A stretch of DNA of 48,093 nucleotides, taken from positions 1-48,093 of the forward strand of contig DATCNP010000185.1 in assembly GCA_036565205.1 (NCBI GenBank), written 5' to 3'. Numbering within the stretch: the first letter of the stretch is position 1; each line of letters starts with the position of its first letter. A program made the translations under genes and the position numbers. The notes under the pieces were generated by a model. The model was not told the DNA's origin. It searched no databases and was given only the letters and a program-made list of their open reading frames with translations. The stretch is from Solirubrobacteraceae bacterium (GTDB lineage: Bacteria > Actinomycetota > Thermoleophilia > Solirubrobacterales > Solirubrobacteraceae). Positions 35,706 through 46,594 of the stretch are shown one piece after another.

Positions 35706-38171
35706 GTGCCGCCCGACAAGCTCCGCAGCTACCGCTCCAAGCGGGATTTCGCCGCCACCGCCGAGCCCGCCGGCGGCGCCCGCGAGGCCGCCGGTGGCGC
35801 CTGCGAGACCGCGGAAGCCGGCAACGCCGGGGAGGCGGCCGAAGCACCGCGCTTCGTCGTCCAGGAGCACCACGCGACGCGCCTTCACTGGGACCTCAGG
35901 CTCGAGCACGACGGGGTGCTGGCATCGTGGGCGGTTCCCAACGGAATCCCGCCCGATCCGAAGGAGAACCGGCTCGCCGTCCACACCGAGGACCATCCGC
36001 TGGAGTACCTCGATTTCGCTGGGGAGATTCCGGCCGGGGAGTACGGCGCCGGGACGATGCAGATCTGGGACAGCGGTACCTACGAGTTGCACAAATGGGA
36101 GGAGCGCAAGGTCGAAGTCACGTTCCACGGCGAGCGGCTGAGGGGTCGTTACGGCATGTTCCCGATCGGTCGGGGGAGCGAGGCCAACGACTGGATGATC
36201 CACCGAATGGAGCCGCCGTCGGACCCCGAGCGGGTTCCGATGCCCGAGCATGTCCTGCCCGCGCTGGCGATCGCCGGCGAGCTCCCGCGCTCGGAGCGCG
36301 AGTGGAGCTTCGAGGTCAAGTGGGACGGGATCCGCGCGATCGCCTACGCGCAACCGGGGCGGCTGCGGCTCGAGAGCCGCAATCTCCGCGAGATAACGGA
36401 TGGCTATCCGGAGCTGCGCGGGCTGATCGGCCAGCTCGGAATGCGCGAGGCGGTGCTCGACGGCGAGATCGTGGCCTTCGACGAGTCGGGCAGTCCGAGC
36501 TTCGAGCGCCTCCAGAGCCGAATGAACGTCACCTCGCCCAGCGCGGTGCGCAGGCTCGCTGCGAGCACGCCGGTGGTCTACGCGATCTTCGACATCATCT
36601 ACCTCGAGGGACGTTCGCTGGCAACGCTGCCCTACGAAGCCCGGCGAGAGGCGCTCGAGTCGCTCGAGCTCGGCGGGCCGGCTTGGCGCGTCCCCGCGGC
36701 TCACCCGGGCGCGGGGTCTGCGCTGCTCCAGGCCACCAGGGCACAGGGCCTCGAGGGGATCGTCGCCAAGCGGCTCGATTCGCACTACGAGCCGGGACGT
36801 CGGACGACGGCCTGGGTGAAGATCAAGCACACGCTCCGCCAGGAGCTCGTGATCTGTGGCTGGCTGCCGGGTGAGGGACGGCGCACCGACCGGATCGGAG
36901 CGTTGCTGATGGGCGTCTACGAATCGAGCGGCGAGCTCCGTTACGCCGGACGCGTGGGGACCGGGTTCACCGACCGGACGCTCGCCGACCTGGCCGAGCG
37001 TCTCGCGCCGCTGCGACGCGAGAAGAGCCCGTTCGACGTGGCGCCCAAGCTGCCGCGCAACGCCGAGTTCGTGGAGCCAGGGCTCGTGGCCGAGATCGAA
37101 TTCAGGCAATGGACCTCGGACGGGGTGATGCGGGCGCCTTCCTACAAGGGGCTCCGGGAGGACAAGACCCCGGTGGAGGTCGTGCGCGAGGCGCCGATCG
37201 AGGAGCGGGCAGCCGAGTTGAATCGGACGCAGGTGCAACCCGCGTCTCCGGAGGCTCTGTTCGACGAGGTGCAGCGGCTCCCCGACGGAGCGCTGTCGGT
37301 GCTGACCGATGGGCGCCGGCTGAAGATCACCAACTGGGACAAGGTCCTCTATCCCAAGGTCGGGTTCACCAAGGGCGATTTGATCGCCTATTGCGCCCGC
37401 GTCGCCGACGCCGTGCTCCCGCACCTGAGAGACCGCCCGCTGACCCTGAAGCGTTACCCAAACGGCGTCGAGGCGCAGTACTTCTACGAGAAGAACTCAC
37501 CCACGCACCGCCCCGAGTGGGTTCAGACCACGCGCGTCGGCGGGATCGACTACACGCTGGCCCAGGACCGCCCGACGCTGATCTGGCTGGCCAACCTCGC
37601 CGACATCGAGCTTCACACCTCACTGTCTCTCGCCGGCGCGCCCGAGCGCCCGACGATGCTCGTGTTCGATCTCGACCCCGGCGCTCCGGCCGCGATCGTC
37701 GAATGCTCGGAGGTCGCGCTCGTCCTGCGTGGGCTGTTCGAGCAGCTCGGCCTCACGAGCGTGGTCAAGACCTCCGGGTCGAAGGGGATGCAGGTGTACG
37801 TTCCGCTCGACGGGCGCTCAACGTACGACGACACGAAGCCGTTCGCGCGGCGGATCGCCGAGCTGCTCGAGCAGCGGATGCCGGAGTTCGTCGTATCGCG
37901 CATGACCAAGCGTCTGCGCCCCGGCAAGGTGCTCGTCGACTGGAGCCAGAACGACGCTCACAAGACGACCGTGACCGTCTATTCGGCGCGGGCGCGCGAG
38001 CGTCCGACAGTCTCGACCCCCGTGTCGTGGGACGAGGTCGAGCGCTGCCGGGCCCAGGCCGATCCGGAGCTGCTCGTGTTCGAGACCGGTGACGTCCTTC
38101 GGCGCGTCGCTGAGCAGGGAGATCTGTTCGCCGAGCTGCTGAGCGCAAAGCAGTCGCTGCCACGGCTCTGA
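35706..38171 (+). CDS. ligD: NHEJ DNA ligase D (phosphoesterase-ligase-polymerase)
   Basis: GTG at 35706 (YRSKRDF). PE domain [18 protein letters not shown], ligase EVKWDGIR / EGIVAK / VGTGF, polymerase domain RYPNG, FDLDP, KTSGSKG, DWSQN. Confidence 0.95.
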   Translation: MPPDKLRSYRSKRDFAATAEPAGGAREAAGGACETAEAGNAGEAAEAPRFVVQEHHATRLHWDLRLEHDGVLASWAVPNGIPPDPKENRLAVHTEDHPLEYLDFAGEIPAGEYGAGTMQIWDSGTYELHKWEERKVEVTFHGERLRGRYGMFPIGRGSEANDWMIHRMEPPSDPERVPMPEHVLPALAIAGELPRSEREWSFEVKWDGIRAIAYAQPGRLRLESRNLREITDGYPELRGLIGQLGMREAVLDGEIVAFDESGSPSFERLQSRMNVTSPSAVRRLAASTPVVYAIFDIIYLEGRSLATLPYEARREALESLELGGPAWRVPAAHPGAGSALLQATRAQGLEGIVAKRLDSHYEPGRRTTAWVKIKHTLRQELVICGWLPGEGRRTDRIGALLMGVYESSGELRYAGRVGTGFTDRTLADLAERLAPLRREKSPFDVAPKLPRNAEFVEPGLVAEIEFRQWTSDGVMRAPSYKGLREDKTPVEVVREAPIEERAAELNRTQVQPASPEALFDEVQRLPDGALSVLTDGRRLKITNWDKVLYPKVGFTKGDLIAYCARVADAVLPHLRDRPLTLKRYPNGVEAQYFYEKNSPTHRPEWVQTTRVGGIDYTLAQDRPTLIWLANLADIELHTSLSLAGAPERPTMLVFDLDPGAPAAIVECSEVALVLRGLFEQLGLTSVVKTSGSKGMQVYVPLDGRSTYDDTKPFARRIAELLEQRMPEFVVSRMTKRLRPGKVLVDWSQNDAHKTTVTVYSARARERPTVSTPVSWDEVERCRAQADPELLVFETGDVLRRVAEQGDLFAELLSAKQSLPRL

Positions 38172-38217
38172 GATGGCCTAACGTGCCTCGAACAACCGTC
38201 ATAGGATGATGGGCGCC

Positions 38218-38508
38218 ATGGACCCGATCACGATGCGAAACCGGCTCCTGGTCGCGACCGGGATGTGGAAGGAGGCCACCGGCGAGCCGCTGCCCCGTCT
38301 CGAGCCTGGGGACCCGGCGGACCAGCTGCGGAGCTTCGAGCTGCAGCTCGTCGATCGCCTGTGGCAGAGCGCCAACAGCGAGAACGCTCGCGAGATCGCC
38401 GATCGCACCTGGGATTTGGTCCACGATCGCGCCGACGACGATCCGGTCAAGCGCCGCGTGGTCGAATGCCATGAGGCGCTCGCGCGGATGACTCGCCTCG
38501 GCGATTGA
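38218..38508 (+). CDS. Small hypothetical protein
   Basis: 96-aa ORF with natural composition. Stop overlaps the next ORF. Start could be 38206-38218. Confidence 0.6.
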   Translation: MDPITMRNRLLVATGMWKEATGEPLPRLEPGDPADQLRSFELQLVDRLWQSANSENAREIADRTWDLVHDRADDDPVKRRVVECHEALARMTRLGD

Positions 38509-38906
38509 CGCTCGGGGCGAGCGTGCGCCATCAGCGCCACTACACGCTCGAGCAGGCCAACGCGGTCCGCGGCTGGGTGGCGGATCGAGTCAACCGGATC
38601 CGCTCCGCCCACGCCCGGCTCGTGGCGCTGGGCGATCAGGCCACCGAGGCGCTCGCCCGGCTCGACCCTCGCTCCGGGGGCTCGTATCCCGGACGCGCGG
38701 TGGCGCTCTCGCTGGTCGAGCTCAGCCGCGCGGTCGCCGAGCTCGAGGCGGTCGACATCGTCCTGCGCGACGTCGACCGCGGTCTGATCGACTTCCCGGC
38801 AGTCCGCGGTGGCGCGGAGGTCTACCTCTGCTGGCTGCTCGACGAGGACGAGATCGGCTATTGGCACGAGCCCGACGCGGGGTTCCCCGGACGTCGTCCG
38901 CTCTGA
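38505..38906 (+). CDS. DUF2203-family protein
   Basis: YTLEQAN, LRDVDRGLIDFP, YLCW, YWH...GFPGRRPL. True start may be GTG 38523. Confidence 0.85.
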   Translation: MTLGASVRHQRHYTLEQANAVRGWVADRVNRIRSAHARLVALGDQATEALARLDPRSGGSYPGRAVALSLVELSRAVAELEAVDIVLRDVDRGLIDFPAVRGGAEVYLCWLLDEDEIGYWHEPDAGFPGRRPL

Positions 38907-38933
38907 GCAACCGGGCCGTCTAGCGTCGGGACA

Positions 38934-40976
38934 CTAGGGCACGACCGGGGTGGCGCTCTCGTCGACGGCCTTGGGATTGCGTGCGAGGCCGGCGGCCGCG
39001 TACGCATCGGCCTCGTCGAGCGTCTCGTTCTCGAGCAGCGCGGCGACGAGCGAGTCGAGGTTTGCGCGATGGGCGGCCAGCAGCTCGGTCGTCTCGGCGT
39101 GAGCGGTCTCGACGATCCGCCGCACCTCCTCGTCGACCAGGCGCTGTGTCTCGGCGGAGGTCTCCGAGGCTCCGGGCAGCAGCGGATTCATCCCCTCGGC
39201 CGGGAGCACGGCGATCATCCCGATCGCGGGGCTCATCCCCCAACGACCGACCATGTACCGGGCGATCCGGGTCAGCTGCTGGATATCGGACTCGGCGCCG
39301 GTCGTCATGTCGCCCAGCACGAGCTCCTCGGCGACCCTTCCGCCGAGCGCGACCTTGATCTGGGCGAGCAGGTAACGCTCGTCGAGGTTGAAGCGATCGA
39401 CGTCGGGGGCGGAGAACGTCACGCCGAGCGCCATGCCGCGAGGGATGATCGATACTTTCCGCACCGGATCTGCGCCGGGGGTGAGCATGCCCACGATCGC
39501 GTGACCCGACTCGTGAGTTGCCGTGCGGCGGCGGTCGTCCTCGGTGAGCATCACCTTGCGTGCGGCGCCGAGCACGATCCGCTCCTGCGCGTCGGTGAAG
39601 TCCTCGCGGTTCACCTTCTCGTGGCCCCGGCGGGCGGCGAGCAGCGCTGCCTCGTTGGCCAGGTTGGCGAGGTCGGCGCCGACCATCCCCGGGGTTGCGG
39701 CAGCGAGTGTCCCGAGGTCTACGTCCGGAGCCAGCGGCAGCGAGCGTGTGTGCACTCGGAGGATCGCCTCGCGCCCGGTGCGATCCGGCGGTGAGACGGC
39801 GACCCGGCGATCGAACCGGCCAGGGCGCAGCAGGGCGTGGTCGAGCACCTCGGGACGGTTGGTCGCACCGAGCACGATCACGCTCGTGCGCGGATCGAAG
39901 CCGTCCATCTCGGTCAGGATCTGGTTGAGCGTCTGCTCGCGCTCGTCGTGCCCTCCCGACAGGTTGGGGCCGCCGCCGGCACGCGAGCGGCCAATCGCAT
40001 CGAGCTCGTCGATGAAGATGATCGATGGGGCTGCCGCCTTGGCCTGCACGAACAGGTCTCGCACCCGCGAGGCGCCGACGCCGACGATCATCTCGACGAA
40101 CTCCGACGCCGACATCTGGAAGAACGGGACGCCGGCCTCGCCCGCGACCGCGCGCGCGAGCAGCGTCTTACCGGTTCCCGGGGATCCGCTGAGCAGCACT
40201 CCGCGTGGGATCCGAGCCCCGAGGCGCAGGTACTTGTCCGGGTTCTTGAGGAAGTCGACGATCTCGGTCAACTCCTCCTTGGCCTCGTCGATCCCCGCCA
40301 CGTCGGCGAACGTCACCGGCTGCTCGGAGGCCTCCACGCGGCGCGCGCGAGAGCGGCCGAACGACATCAGGCCCCCGGCGCCGCCGGCGGCGGCCCGACG
40401 CCCGATGAACACGAACAGCAGCACGATCAGGATCACCGGGCCGAACCCGAATATCAGGCTCTCGAGGAACGACGGGCCGGAGTTGGGCGACTTCGCGTCG
40501 ATCACGACGTTCTCGCTCTCGAGCAGGCTCGAGAGCTGCTGGTTGTTGGCGAACGACGGCACCTGGGTGGCGAAGTTGGTCGACGACCGCGCCGACGGAT
40601 CGCTGGCCGGGTACTTGACCGCCTTCTTGAACGTGCCCTGAATCGCGTCGCCGGTCGAGGCGATCTGAGAGACGTTGCCGGCCTTCACCTGGGCCAGGAA
40701 GGTCGGCGAATACGGGACTCGAATCGGCGCGCTCGGCTGCAGCGCCTGTGAGGAGATCCAGAAGTTGAGCACCAGTCCGACGAGGACCAGGCCGATGATC
40801 CAGCGCGAGCGCGTGGACTGCGGCGGCCGCGGGGAGGCGGGACTGTTGCCGCGACCGTCGGGCCCCGGGGTCACCCTCCACCCTCGGAGGCCTGGAGGGC
40901 GCTGCCCACCCTGTCCCGCGGGCGGGCTGGCGCCACCTCGCGGCGGGGCCGGGCGGCGAACGGGAGGGTCAGCCAT
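38934..40976 (-). CDS. ftsH: ATP-dependent zinc metalloprotease FtsH
   Basis: Two TMs, [56 protein letters not shown]. Confidence 0.97.
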   Translation of the reverse strand: MADPPVRRPAPPRGGASPPAGQGGQRPPGLRGWRVTPGPDGRGNSPASPRPPQSTRSRWIIGLVLVGLVLNFWISSQALQPSAPIRVPYSPTFLAQVKAGNVSQIASTGDAIQGTFKKAVKYPASDPSARSSTNFATQVPSFANNQQLSSLLESENVVIDAKSPNSGPSFLESLIFGFGPVILIVLLFVFIGRRAAAGGAGGLMSFGRSRARRVEASEQPVTFADVAGIDEAKEELTEIVDFLKNPDKYLRLGARIPRGVLLSGSPGTGKTLLARAVAGEAGVPFFQMSASEFVEMIVGVGASRVRDLFVQAKAAAPSIIFIDELDAIGRSRAGGGPNLSGGHDEREQTLNQILTEMDGFDPRTSVIVLGATNRPEVLDHALLRPGRFDRRVAVSPPDRTGREAILRVHTRSLPLAPDVDLGTLAAATPGMVGADLANLANEAALLAARRGHEKVNREDFTDAQERIVLGAARKVMLTEDDRRRTATHESGHAIVGMLTPGADPVRKVSIIPRGMALGVTFSAPDVDRFNLDERYLLAQIKVALGGRVAEELVLGDMTTGAESDIQQLTRIARYMVGRWGMSPAIGMIAVLPAEGMNPLLPGASETSAETQRLVDEEVRRIVETAHAETTELLAAHRANLDSLVAALLENETLDEADAYAAAGLARNPKAVDESATPVVP

Positions 40977-41033
40977 CGGCAGATTGTGGCAAGCCGGGAT
41001 CGGCCGTAGGCGAAAGCTGCCGAAATCGGGCGG

Positions 41034-41408
41034 TCAGTCCGCCTCGAGGCGCGTGCGAAACGAGTCGGCGCCCTCGACCGTGGCGCCTCGGGCACGGGCG
41101 CGATCGGCCAGCCAGCGATCGGAGGTGACGACCCTCACCTGCGACTCGGCGGGCTCGCTCTGCAGCCGCCGCATGATCTCGTCGTCGGCCGCGTCCCGGC
41201 GTGGTCGCGGTGCGTGGGCGACCTCGATCACGCTCGAGCGGATCGGTGGAGAGGGCTTCCGCTCGAACACGACCACGACATCGTCCCCCTCCCTGACCAC
41301 CCACCGCTCGAGCAGATCGACGAGCCGCAGCATCGCCGCGTCGCGGTCGCGCCACCACCCGTCGGGCCGGGTTCCGATCACGTTCATGCCGTCCACGAGC
41401 CAGCGCAT
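41034..41408 (-). CDS. NYN/PIN domain protein (YacP-like)
   Basis: Leaderless TACGCT-6 nt-ATG. LVDGMNV, VVFE, ADDEI, VVTSD acidic motifs. Confidence 0.85.
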   Translation of the reverse strand: MRWLVDGMNVIGTRPDGWWRDRDAAMLRLVDLLERWVVREGDDVVVVFERKPSPPIRSSVIEVAHAPRPRRDAADDEIMRRLQSEPAESQVRVVTSDRWLADRARARGATVEGADSFRTRLEAD

Positions 41409-41428
41409 CGACCGAGCGTAGAGAGGCG

Positions 41429-41842
41429 TCAATCCTCGGCGCTCGGGCGCCGGCGTCGCTGCTTTCGCTGCGCGTGCCGGCGCTTGGCATCGAGCCGGCG
41501 CCTGACCGAGGCGCGGGTGGGATTGCTCGCGCGGCGCGGGCGCTGCACGGCGAGCGCGCCCGAGAGGCGGCGGGCGAGGCGCTCGAGGGCCAGCTCGCGG
41601 TTCTGCGCCTGGCTGCGGGTGTCCTGTGCCACCGCCACCACGCGCGGACCCAGGCGGGAGACGATCCGGCGCTTCTGGGCCTCGGTCAGCGTGTTCGACG
41701 CGGCGACGTCGAACACGGCCTCGATCCGTGAAGCGGTCACGTTGGCGTGCTGACCGCCGGGTCCTCCAGAGCGGGATGCGCGGACGATCACCTCGCGCAG
41801 AGGGATCGCCGTGTCACGAGAGATCGGCATCGGATCGTCCAT
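41429..41842 (-). CDS. arfB: Alternative ribosome rescue peptidyl-tRNA hydrolase ArfB
   Basis: [11 protein letters not shown] (GGQ), RSQAQNR, basic tail [21 protein letters not shown]. Start 41842 or 41830. Confidence 0.92.
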   Translation of the reverse strand: MDDPMPISRDTAIPLREVIVRASRSGGPGGQHANVTASRIEAVFDVAASNTLTEAQKRRIVSRLGPRVVAVAQDTRSQAQNRELALERLARRLSGALAVQRPRRASNPTRASVRRRLDAKRRHAQRKQRRRRPSAED

Positions 41843-41913
41843 CGAGCGACAAGGATGACGTGTGACCGTCACGTAAACCGCGTGCACTGGATTGGCTTGT
41901 GTTCCGCCGTCCG

Positions 41914-42043
41914 TGCTACCTTCTCGCGCGAAAGGCCATCCGGCAGAGTCCGGATGGCGGCAAACGCAGGTGCAGGCCTCGGGGTATTGCGTAAAGACAG
42001 CCTCCGCGGTGGCAGCACTTCAAGCTACGGAGGAGGACTCCGC
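41914..42043 (+). promoter_or_regulatory. cspA promoter and long structured 5' UTR
   Basis: Extended -10 TGcTACCTT (41914-41922). 9-bp stem 41935-41958. CCTCCG (42001-42006) is complementary to CGGAGG at the RBS. Confidence 0.55.
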
Positions 42044-42247
42044 ATGCCGACGGGAACCGTCAAGTGGTTCAGCGACGAGAAGGGTTTTGGCTTCATCACC
42101 CCGGATGAGGGCAGCCGCGATCTCTTCGTGCATCACTCGAGCATCCAGTCAGATGGCTACAGGTCACTCGCGGAGGGCGCCAAGGTGTCCTACGAGGAAG
42201 AGGCCGGCCCCAAGGGGCCCAAGGCCATCAACGTCCAGAAGATCTAG
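42044..42247 (+). CDS. cspA: Cold-shock protein
   Basis: [26 protein letters not shown] (RNP1), DLFVHHS (RNP2). 67 aa. Confidence 0.97.
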   Translation: MPTGTVKWFSDEKGFGFITPDEGSRDLFVHHSSIQSDGYRSLAEGAKVSYEEEAGPKGPKAINVQKI

Positions 42248-42266
42248 CCGACAGCCGGGAAAGCGC

Positions 42267-42289
42267 GCGGGCTCGCATTACGGGCCCGC
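42267..42289 (+). terminator. Hairpin after cspA, probable intrinsic terminator
   Basis: GCGGGCTCG-CATTA-CGGGCCCGC (9 bp with one G-U). No U-tract. Confidence 0.45.
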
Positions 42290-42358
42290 CGCGACCCCGA
42301 TCGTGCCCGCGGCCGTGCCAGGCCGCGGCGATGGCGAGTTCCCAGGATCGCCGTTCTG

Positions 42359-42997
42359 ATGGCCGACTGGGTCACGATCTCGTCGCTGGCCACGGCGGGC
42401 GGAACGCTCGTCCTCGCGGTCGCCACGTTCAGCTCGGTCAAGTCGTCCAACCGCTCGGCCCGACTGGCCGAGCGCTCGCTGCTGGCCGGCGTGCAACCGC
42501 TGCTGATCCCATCGAGCGACGACGATCCACCCGAGCGCGTCCGCTTCGGCGACGAGCACGTGCTGGTGGTGGCCGGCCACGGCGGGGCGCTCGAGCTCGC
42601 GGACGACAACCTCTACATGGCGATCGCGCTGCGCAACGGAGGCTCCGGACTGGCGGTGATCCACGGCTGGCGCGTCCAGCTAGAGCGCGACACTCGGCTC
42701 GAGCAGCCCGAGCCGGAGGCGTTCCGTCGCCAATCGCGCGACCTGTATATCCCGGCGGGCTACAACGGCTTCTGGCAGGGCGCGATCCGCGATCGCGAGG
42801 ATCCCGACTACGCCGCGCTCCGCACCGCGGCCGCGAACCGGCAGCAGATATGGGTCGACCTGATGTACGGCGACCACGAGGGCGGCCAGCGGACGATCGC
42901 GCGCTTCTCGATCTCGCCGTGGGAAGACGTCGAAGGTGAGCGATCCGACGTGATCAGGTACTGGAACGTCGACCGCGACGATCCGCGGGAGCGCTGA
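42359..42997 (+). CDS. Hypothetical protein with N-terminal TM helix
   Basis: 212-aa ORF with strong GC3 bias. TM ISSLATAGGTLVLAVATF. Confidence 0.7.
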   Translation: MADWVTISSLATAGGTLVLAVATFSSVKSSNRSARLAERSLLAGVQPLLIPSSDDDPPERVRFGDEHVLVVAGHGGALELADDNLYMAIALRNGGSGLAVIHGWRVQLERDTRLEQPEPEAFRRQSRDLYIPAGYNGFWQGAIRDREDPDYAALRTAAANRQQIWVDLMYGDHEGGQRTIARFSISPWEDVEGERSDVIRYWNVDRDDPRER

Positions 42998-43273
42998 TCA
43001 CCCGTCGCTCTCGGAGACGCCCTCGTGCTCGGGGGCGCCCTCCTGCTCCGAGGCGTCGTCCTCGTGCTCCGTGGCCTCGCGCTCGGGCGAGTCGCCTCCG
43101 ACGGCGCCCGGGACGCCCTCGTCGCGTTGCTTGGCCCGCCAATCCGAGCGGACGTCCTCGATCTCGTCGCCGAGCTTCTTCGATTCGCGCTCGAGCTGTT
43201 TCGATTCGCGCTCGAGCGGCGCGGACTCGCGGTCGACCACGTCGTCGAGGTTGTCCTTGTCGTCTGCTGCCAT
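42998..43273 (-). CDS. Small acidic, probably disordered hypothetical protein
   Basis: ATG at 43273. Asp/Glu-rich with internal repeat LERESKQLERESKK. Confidence 0.55.
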   Translation of the reverse strand: MAADDKDNLDDVVDRESAPLERESKQLERESKKLGDEIEDVRSDWRAKQRDEGVPGAVGGDSPEREATEHEDDASEQEGAPEHEGVSESDG

Positions 43274-43397
43274 AGGGTTAAGACTCACCAATGCTGCGGC
43301 GCTCCAAACGTTCTGATCCGAATGCCCGCGTACAATGAATAAGCAACCAGGGCAGAAGTAAGCAGTCAGTCACGCACGCGCACACGGAAAGACGGAG

Positions 43398-45233
43398 ATG
43401 ACCAAGGTAGTAGAGGAGCGCGAGCGCGTGATCATCCGGTTCGCCGGAGACTCGGGCGACGGCATGCAGCTCGCGGGCAGCCGGTTCACGGACGCGACGG
43501 CGATGATCGGAAACGATCTCGCGACGCTGCCCAACTTTCCCGCCGAGATCCGCGCGCCGGCCGGGACGCTCGCGGGTGTGTCGGCGTTCCAGATCCACTT
43601 CGCCTCTCGCGACATACTCACGCCCGGCGACGCCCCGAATGTGCTCGTGGCGATGAACCCGGCGGCGCTGAAGGTCAACGCTTCCGAGCTCGGCCGCGGC
43701 GCGACGATCATCGTCAACGAGGACGCGTTCACCAAGCGCAACCTCGAGAAGGCGGGCTACGAGGCCAATCCGCTGGAGGACGGCTCACTCGCGGGCCACC
43801 GCGTCCACCGGATTCCGATGAGCACCCTGACCACCCGCGCGGTGGAGGCGATCGAGGGCGTGAGCACGCGGGACGCCAGCCGGGCCAAGAACCTGTTCGC
43901 GCTCGGCGTCCTGTCCTGGCTCTATGGACGTCCAACCGACGTGACGACGCGGTGGATCGAGCGGAAGTTCGCCCGCAAGCCGGCGATCGCTCAGGCCAAC
44001 GCCGCGGCATTCAATGCCGGCTGGTCGTTCGGGGAGACGACCGAGCTGCTGGACGTGCAGTACAAGGTCAACCCGGCGACCGACGTAGCGCCGGGGACGT
44101 ATCGAAACGTGAACGGCACGACCGCACTCGCGCTCGGCCTGATCGCGGCCAGCGTCCGCAGCGAGCTGCCGCTGGTGCTGGCGAGCTATCCGATCACGCC
44201 GGCCTCGGAGCTGCTGCACGAGCTCTCGCGCCACGCGAAGATCGGGGTCGCGACGATCCAGGCCGAGGACGAGATCGCCGCCGCCGGTATGGCGCTTGGC
44301 GCCGCATTCGGGGGGCGCCTCGGCGTGACTGCGACGAGCGGTCCGGGCATGGACCTGAAGGCGGAGACGATCGGGCTCGCTGTCGCGCTCGAATTGCCGA
44401 TGATCGTGGTCGACGTGCAGCGCGCCGGTCCCTCTACGGGCATGCCGACCAAGACCGAGCAGTCGGACCTGCTGATGGCGCTCTACGGCCGCCACGGCGA
44501 GTCGCCGCTACCGGTCATCGCGCCCAGCACGGCCGGCGGCTGCTTCGACGCCGCGTTCGAGGCCGCCCGGATTGCGATTCGGTACCGGACGCCGGTGATC
44601 GTGCTCTCGGACACCTACCTCGCGTCCTCATCGGAGCCGTGGCGGGTGCCGGCCGCGGCGGATCTGCCGCCGATCGACCCGGAATTCGCGACCGACCCCG
44701 GGGGCTCGGAATTCCTCCCGTACACGCGCGACGAGCGGCTCGCGCGCCCTTGGGCGGTCCCCGGGACACCCGGCCTCCAACACCGCATCGGCGGGCTCGA
44801 GAAGGCGCACGAGACCGGCAACATCTCCTACGACGGCGACAACCATGCGCAGATGACCGAACTCCGCGCGGCGAAGATCGCCGGGATCGCCGGCGAGATC
44901 CCGCCGCTGGCGGTCGACTCCGAGCCCGGAGCCAACCTGCTCGTGCTCGGCTGGGGCTCGACCGAGGGCGCGATCAGGGCCGGCGTCCGGCGCGTGCGGC
45001 TGGACGGCCACAAGGTCGCCTGTGCCCAGCTCCACCACCTGAACCCGCTGCCGGCCAATACCGGCGACGTGCTCCGCTCGTTCGAGCGCGTGCTGGTGCC
45101 GGAGCTCAATTGCGGCCAGCTCGCGCAGGTGCTGCGGGCGAAGTTCCTGATCGACGTCGAGTCCTACTCCAAGGTCGAGGGCAGGCCATTATTTACGGCC
45201 GACATCGAACGCGAGATCGTGGAGCGCCAATGA
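43398..45233 (+). CDS. korA: 2-oxoacid:ferredoxin oxidoreductase alpha subunit
   Basis: RFAGDSGDGMQL, YPITPAS, QAEDEIAA, TSGPG, QRAGPSTGMPT. TACAAT at 43331 and GGAG before the ATG. Confidence 0.95.
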   Translation: MTKVVEERERVIIRFAGDSGDGMQLAGSRFTDATAMIGNDLATLPNFPAEIRAPAGTLAGVSAFQIHFASRDILTPGDAPNVLVAMNPAALKVNASELGRGATIIVNEDAFTKRNLEKAGYEANPLEDGSLAGHRVHRIPMSTLTTRAVEAIEGVSTRDASRAKNLFALGVLSWLYGRPTDVTTRWIERKFARKPAIAQANAAAFNAGWSFGETTELLDVQYKVNPATDVAPGTYRNVNGTTALALGLIAASVRSELPLVLASYPITPASELLHELSRHAKIGVATIQAEDEIAAAGMALGAAFGGRLGVTATSGPGMDLKAETIGLAVALELPMIVVDVQRAGPSTGMPTKTEQSDLLMALYGRHGESPLPVIAPSTAGGCFDAAFEAARIAIRYRTPVIVLSDTYLASSSEPWRVPAAADLPPIDPEFATDPGGSEFLPYTRDERLARPWAVPGTPGLQHRIGGLEKAHETGNISYDGDNHAQMTELRAAKIAGIAGEIPPLAVDSEPGANLLVLGWGSTEGAIRAGVRRVRLDGHKVACAQLHHLNPLPANTGDVLRSFERVLVPELNCGQLAQVLRAKFLIDVESYSKVEGRPLFTADIEREIVERQ

Positions 45234-46252
45234 GCATCACGGAGCTCGAAGCCGGCGGCGAGCCGGGGCTGGGCAAAGCCGACTTCCAGTCCGACCAGGA
45301 GACGCGGTGGTGCCCCGGATGCGGCGACTACGCCGTGCTCTCGGCCGTGCAGCAGTTCATGCCTGAGCTCGGGATCCCGCCGGAGCGGATCGTGTTCATC
45401 ACCGGGATCGGCTGCGCCGGACGCTTCTCCTACTACATGAACACCTACGGCATGCACGGGATCCACGGACGCGCACCGGCCCTCGCCACCGGGCTCGCGA
45501 CGGCGCGCGAGGATCTCTCGATCTGGGTCGTGACCGGAGACGGCGACTCGCTCTCGATCGGCGGTAATCACCTGATCCACGCCCTGCGCCGGAACGTGCC
45601 GGTCAAGATCCTGCTGTTCAACAACCAGATCTACGGCCTCACCAAGGGTCAGGCCTCCCCGACATCGGAGGTCGGCAAGATCACCAAGTCGACCCCGTTC
45701 GGCGTCGCCGATCACCCGTTCAACCCGGTCGCGCTGGCTCTGGGCGCCGAGGCCACGTTCGTCGCGCGCACGATCGATCGCGACCGCCAGCACCTGACCG
45801 AGGTGCTGCGGGCAGCGGCGAATCACGAGGGCGCGGCGCTGGTCGAGATCTACCAGAACTGCCCGGTGTTCAACGAGGGAGCCTTCTCCGCGCTCACCGA
45901 CAAGGGCACCAAGGACGAGAATCAGATCCGGCTGCGCGCCGGGGCGCCCGTGCGCTTCGGCGCGCAGGACGAGCGCGGCGTGGCTCGGGGGCGCGACGGC
46001 AGCCTCGAGATAGTCGACGTGGCCCAGATCGACGAGTCGGAGCTGATCGTTCACGAACCCGGCCAAGCTGACCCGGGGGTGGCGTTCTCACTCGCGAAGC
46101 TCGCCGAGACCCCGACCGGCCCGACGCCGATCGGTATCTTCCGCCAGGTCGAGCGGCCCGTCTACGGACGCCACGCGGCGGCCGCCGAGCCGGCTACCGA
46201 GCAGCAGCTCACCGACCTGCTGCTCGGCGGCGACACCTGGACCATCGCCTGA
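45230..46252 (+). CDS. korB: 2-oxoacid:ferredoxin oxidoreductase beta subunit
   Basis: ATGA overlap. WCPGCGD, GIGC, HGR, TPP motif GDGD...NNQIYGLTKGQ, YQNC. Confidence 0.95.
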   Translation: MSITELEAGGEPGLGKADFQSDQETRWCPGCGDYAVLSAVQQFMPELGIPPERIVFITGIGCAGRFSYYMNTYGMHGIHGRAPALATGLATAREDLSIWVVTGDGDSLSIGGNHLIHALRRNVPVKILLFNNQIYGLTKGQASPTSEVGKITKSTPFGVADHPFNPVALALGAEATFVARTIDRDRQHLTEVLRAAANHEGAALVEIYQNCPVFNEGAFSALTDKGTKDENQIRLRAGAPVRFGAQDERGVARGRDGSLEIVDVAQIDESELIVHEPGQADPGVAFSLAKLAETPTGPTPIGIFRQVERPVYGRHAAAAEPATEQQLTDLLLGGDTWTIA

Positions 46253-46261
46253 CACGCTGAG

Positions 46262-46594
46262 TCAGGAGTCGGCGACGTAGCCGGTCTCGGGCACGAGCGG
46301 CAGCCCCGCGGCATGCCACTCGAGCAGTCCCCCGGCCATGTTGTGGGCGTCGTAGCCGGCGTCGAGGAACGCCTGTGTGGCCATCGCCGAGCGCCCGCCT
46401 GAGCGGCAGTAGAAGACGACCGGTCGATCGCGGGCGATGGTCGCGGCCTCAGCGGGAAGGGTTTGGAGCTCGACCAGCCTCCCGCCGGCGATCCGGCCTG
46501 CCTCGTGCTCGTCCGGCGCGCGAACGTCGATCAGCTGGATCTCGTCCCGGGCGAGCAGCTCGGCCACCTGCGCGGGGGTGTAATCGGGGTCCAT
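46262..46594 (-). CDS. Single-domain rhodanese
   Basis: Leaderless TAGCCT-7 nt-ATG. LIDVR, active loop CRSGGRS, GGLLEW. Confidence 0.9.
   Translation of the reverse strand: MDPDYTPAQVAELLARDEIQLIDVRAPDEHEAGRIAGGRLVELQTLPAEAATIARDRPVVFYCRSGGRSAMATQAFLDAGYDAHNMAGGLLEWHAAGLPLVPETGYVADS

Noticed and set aside
43179-43217. 18-bp direct repeat at 21-bp period
   Set aside because: In-frame heptad duplication (LERESK) within a small acidic ORF, with no sign of wider significance.
43952-45229. Apparent 766-aa KorB with a long Arg-rich N-terminus
   Set aside because: Out-of-frame overlap with korA. The true start is the ATGA overlap at 45230.
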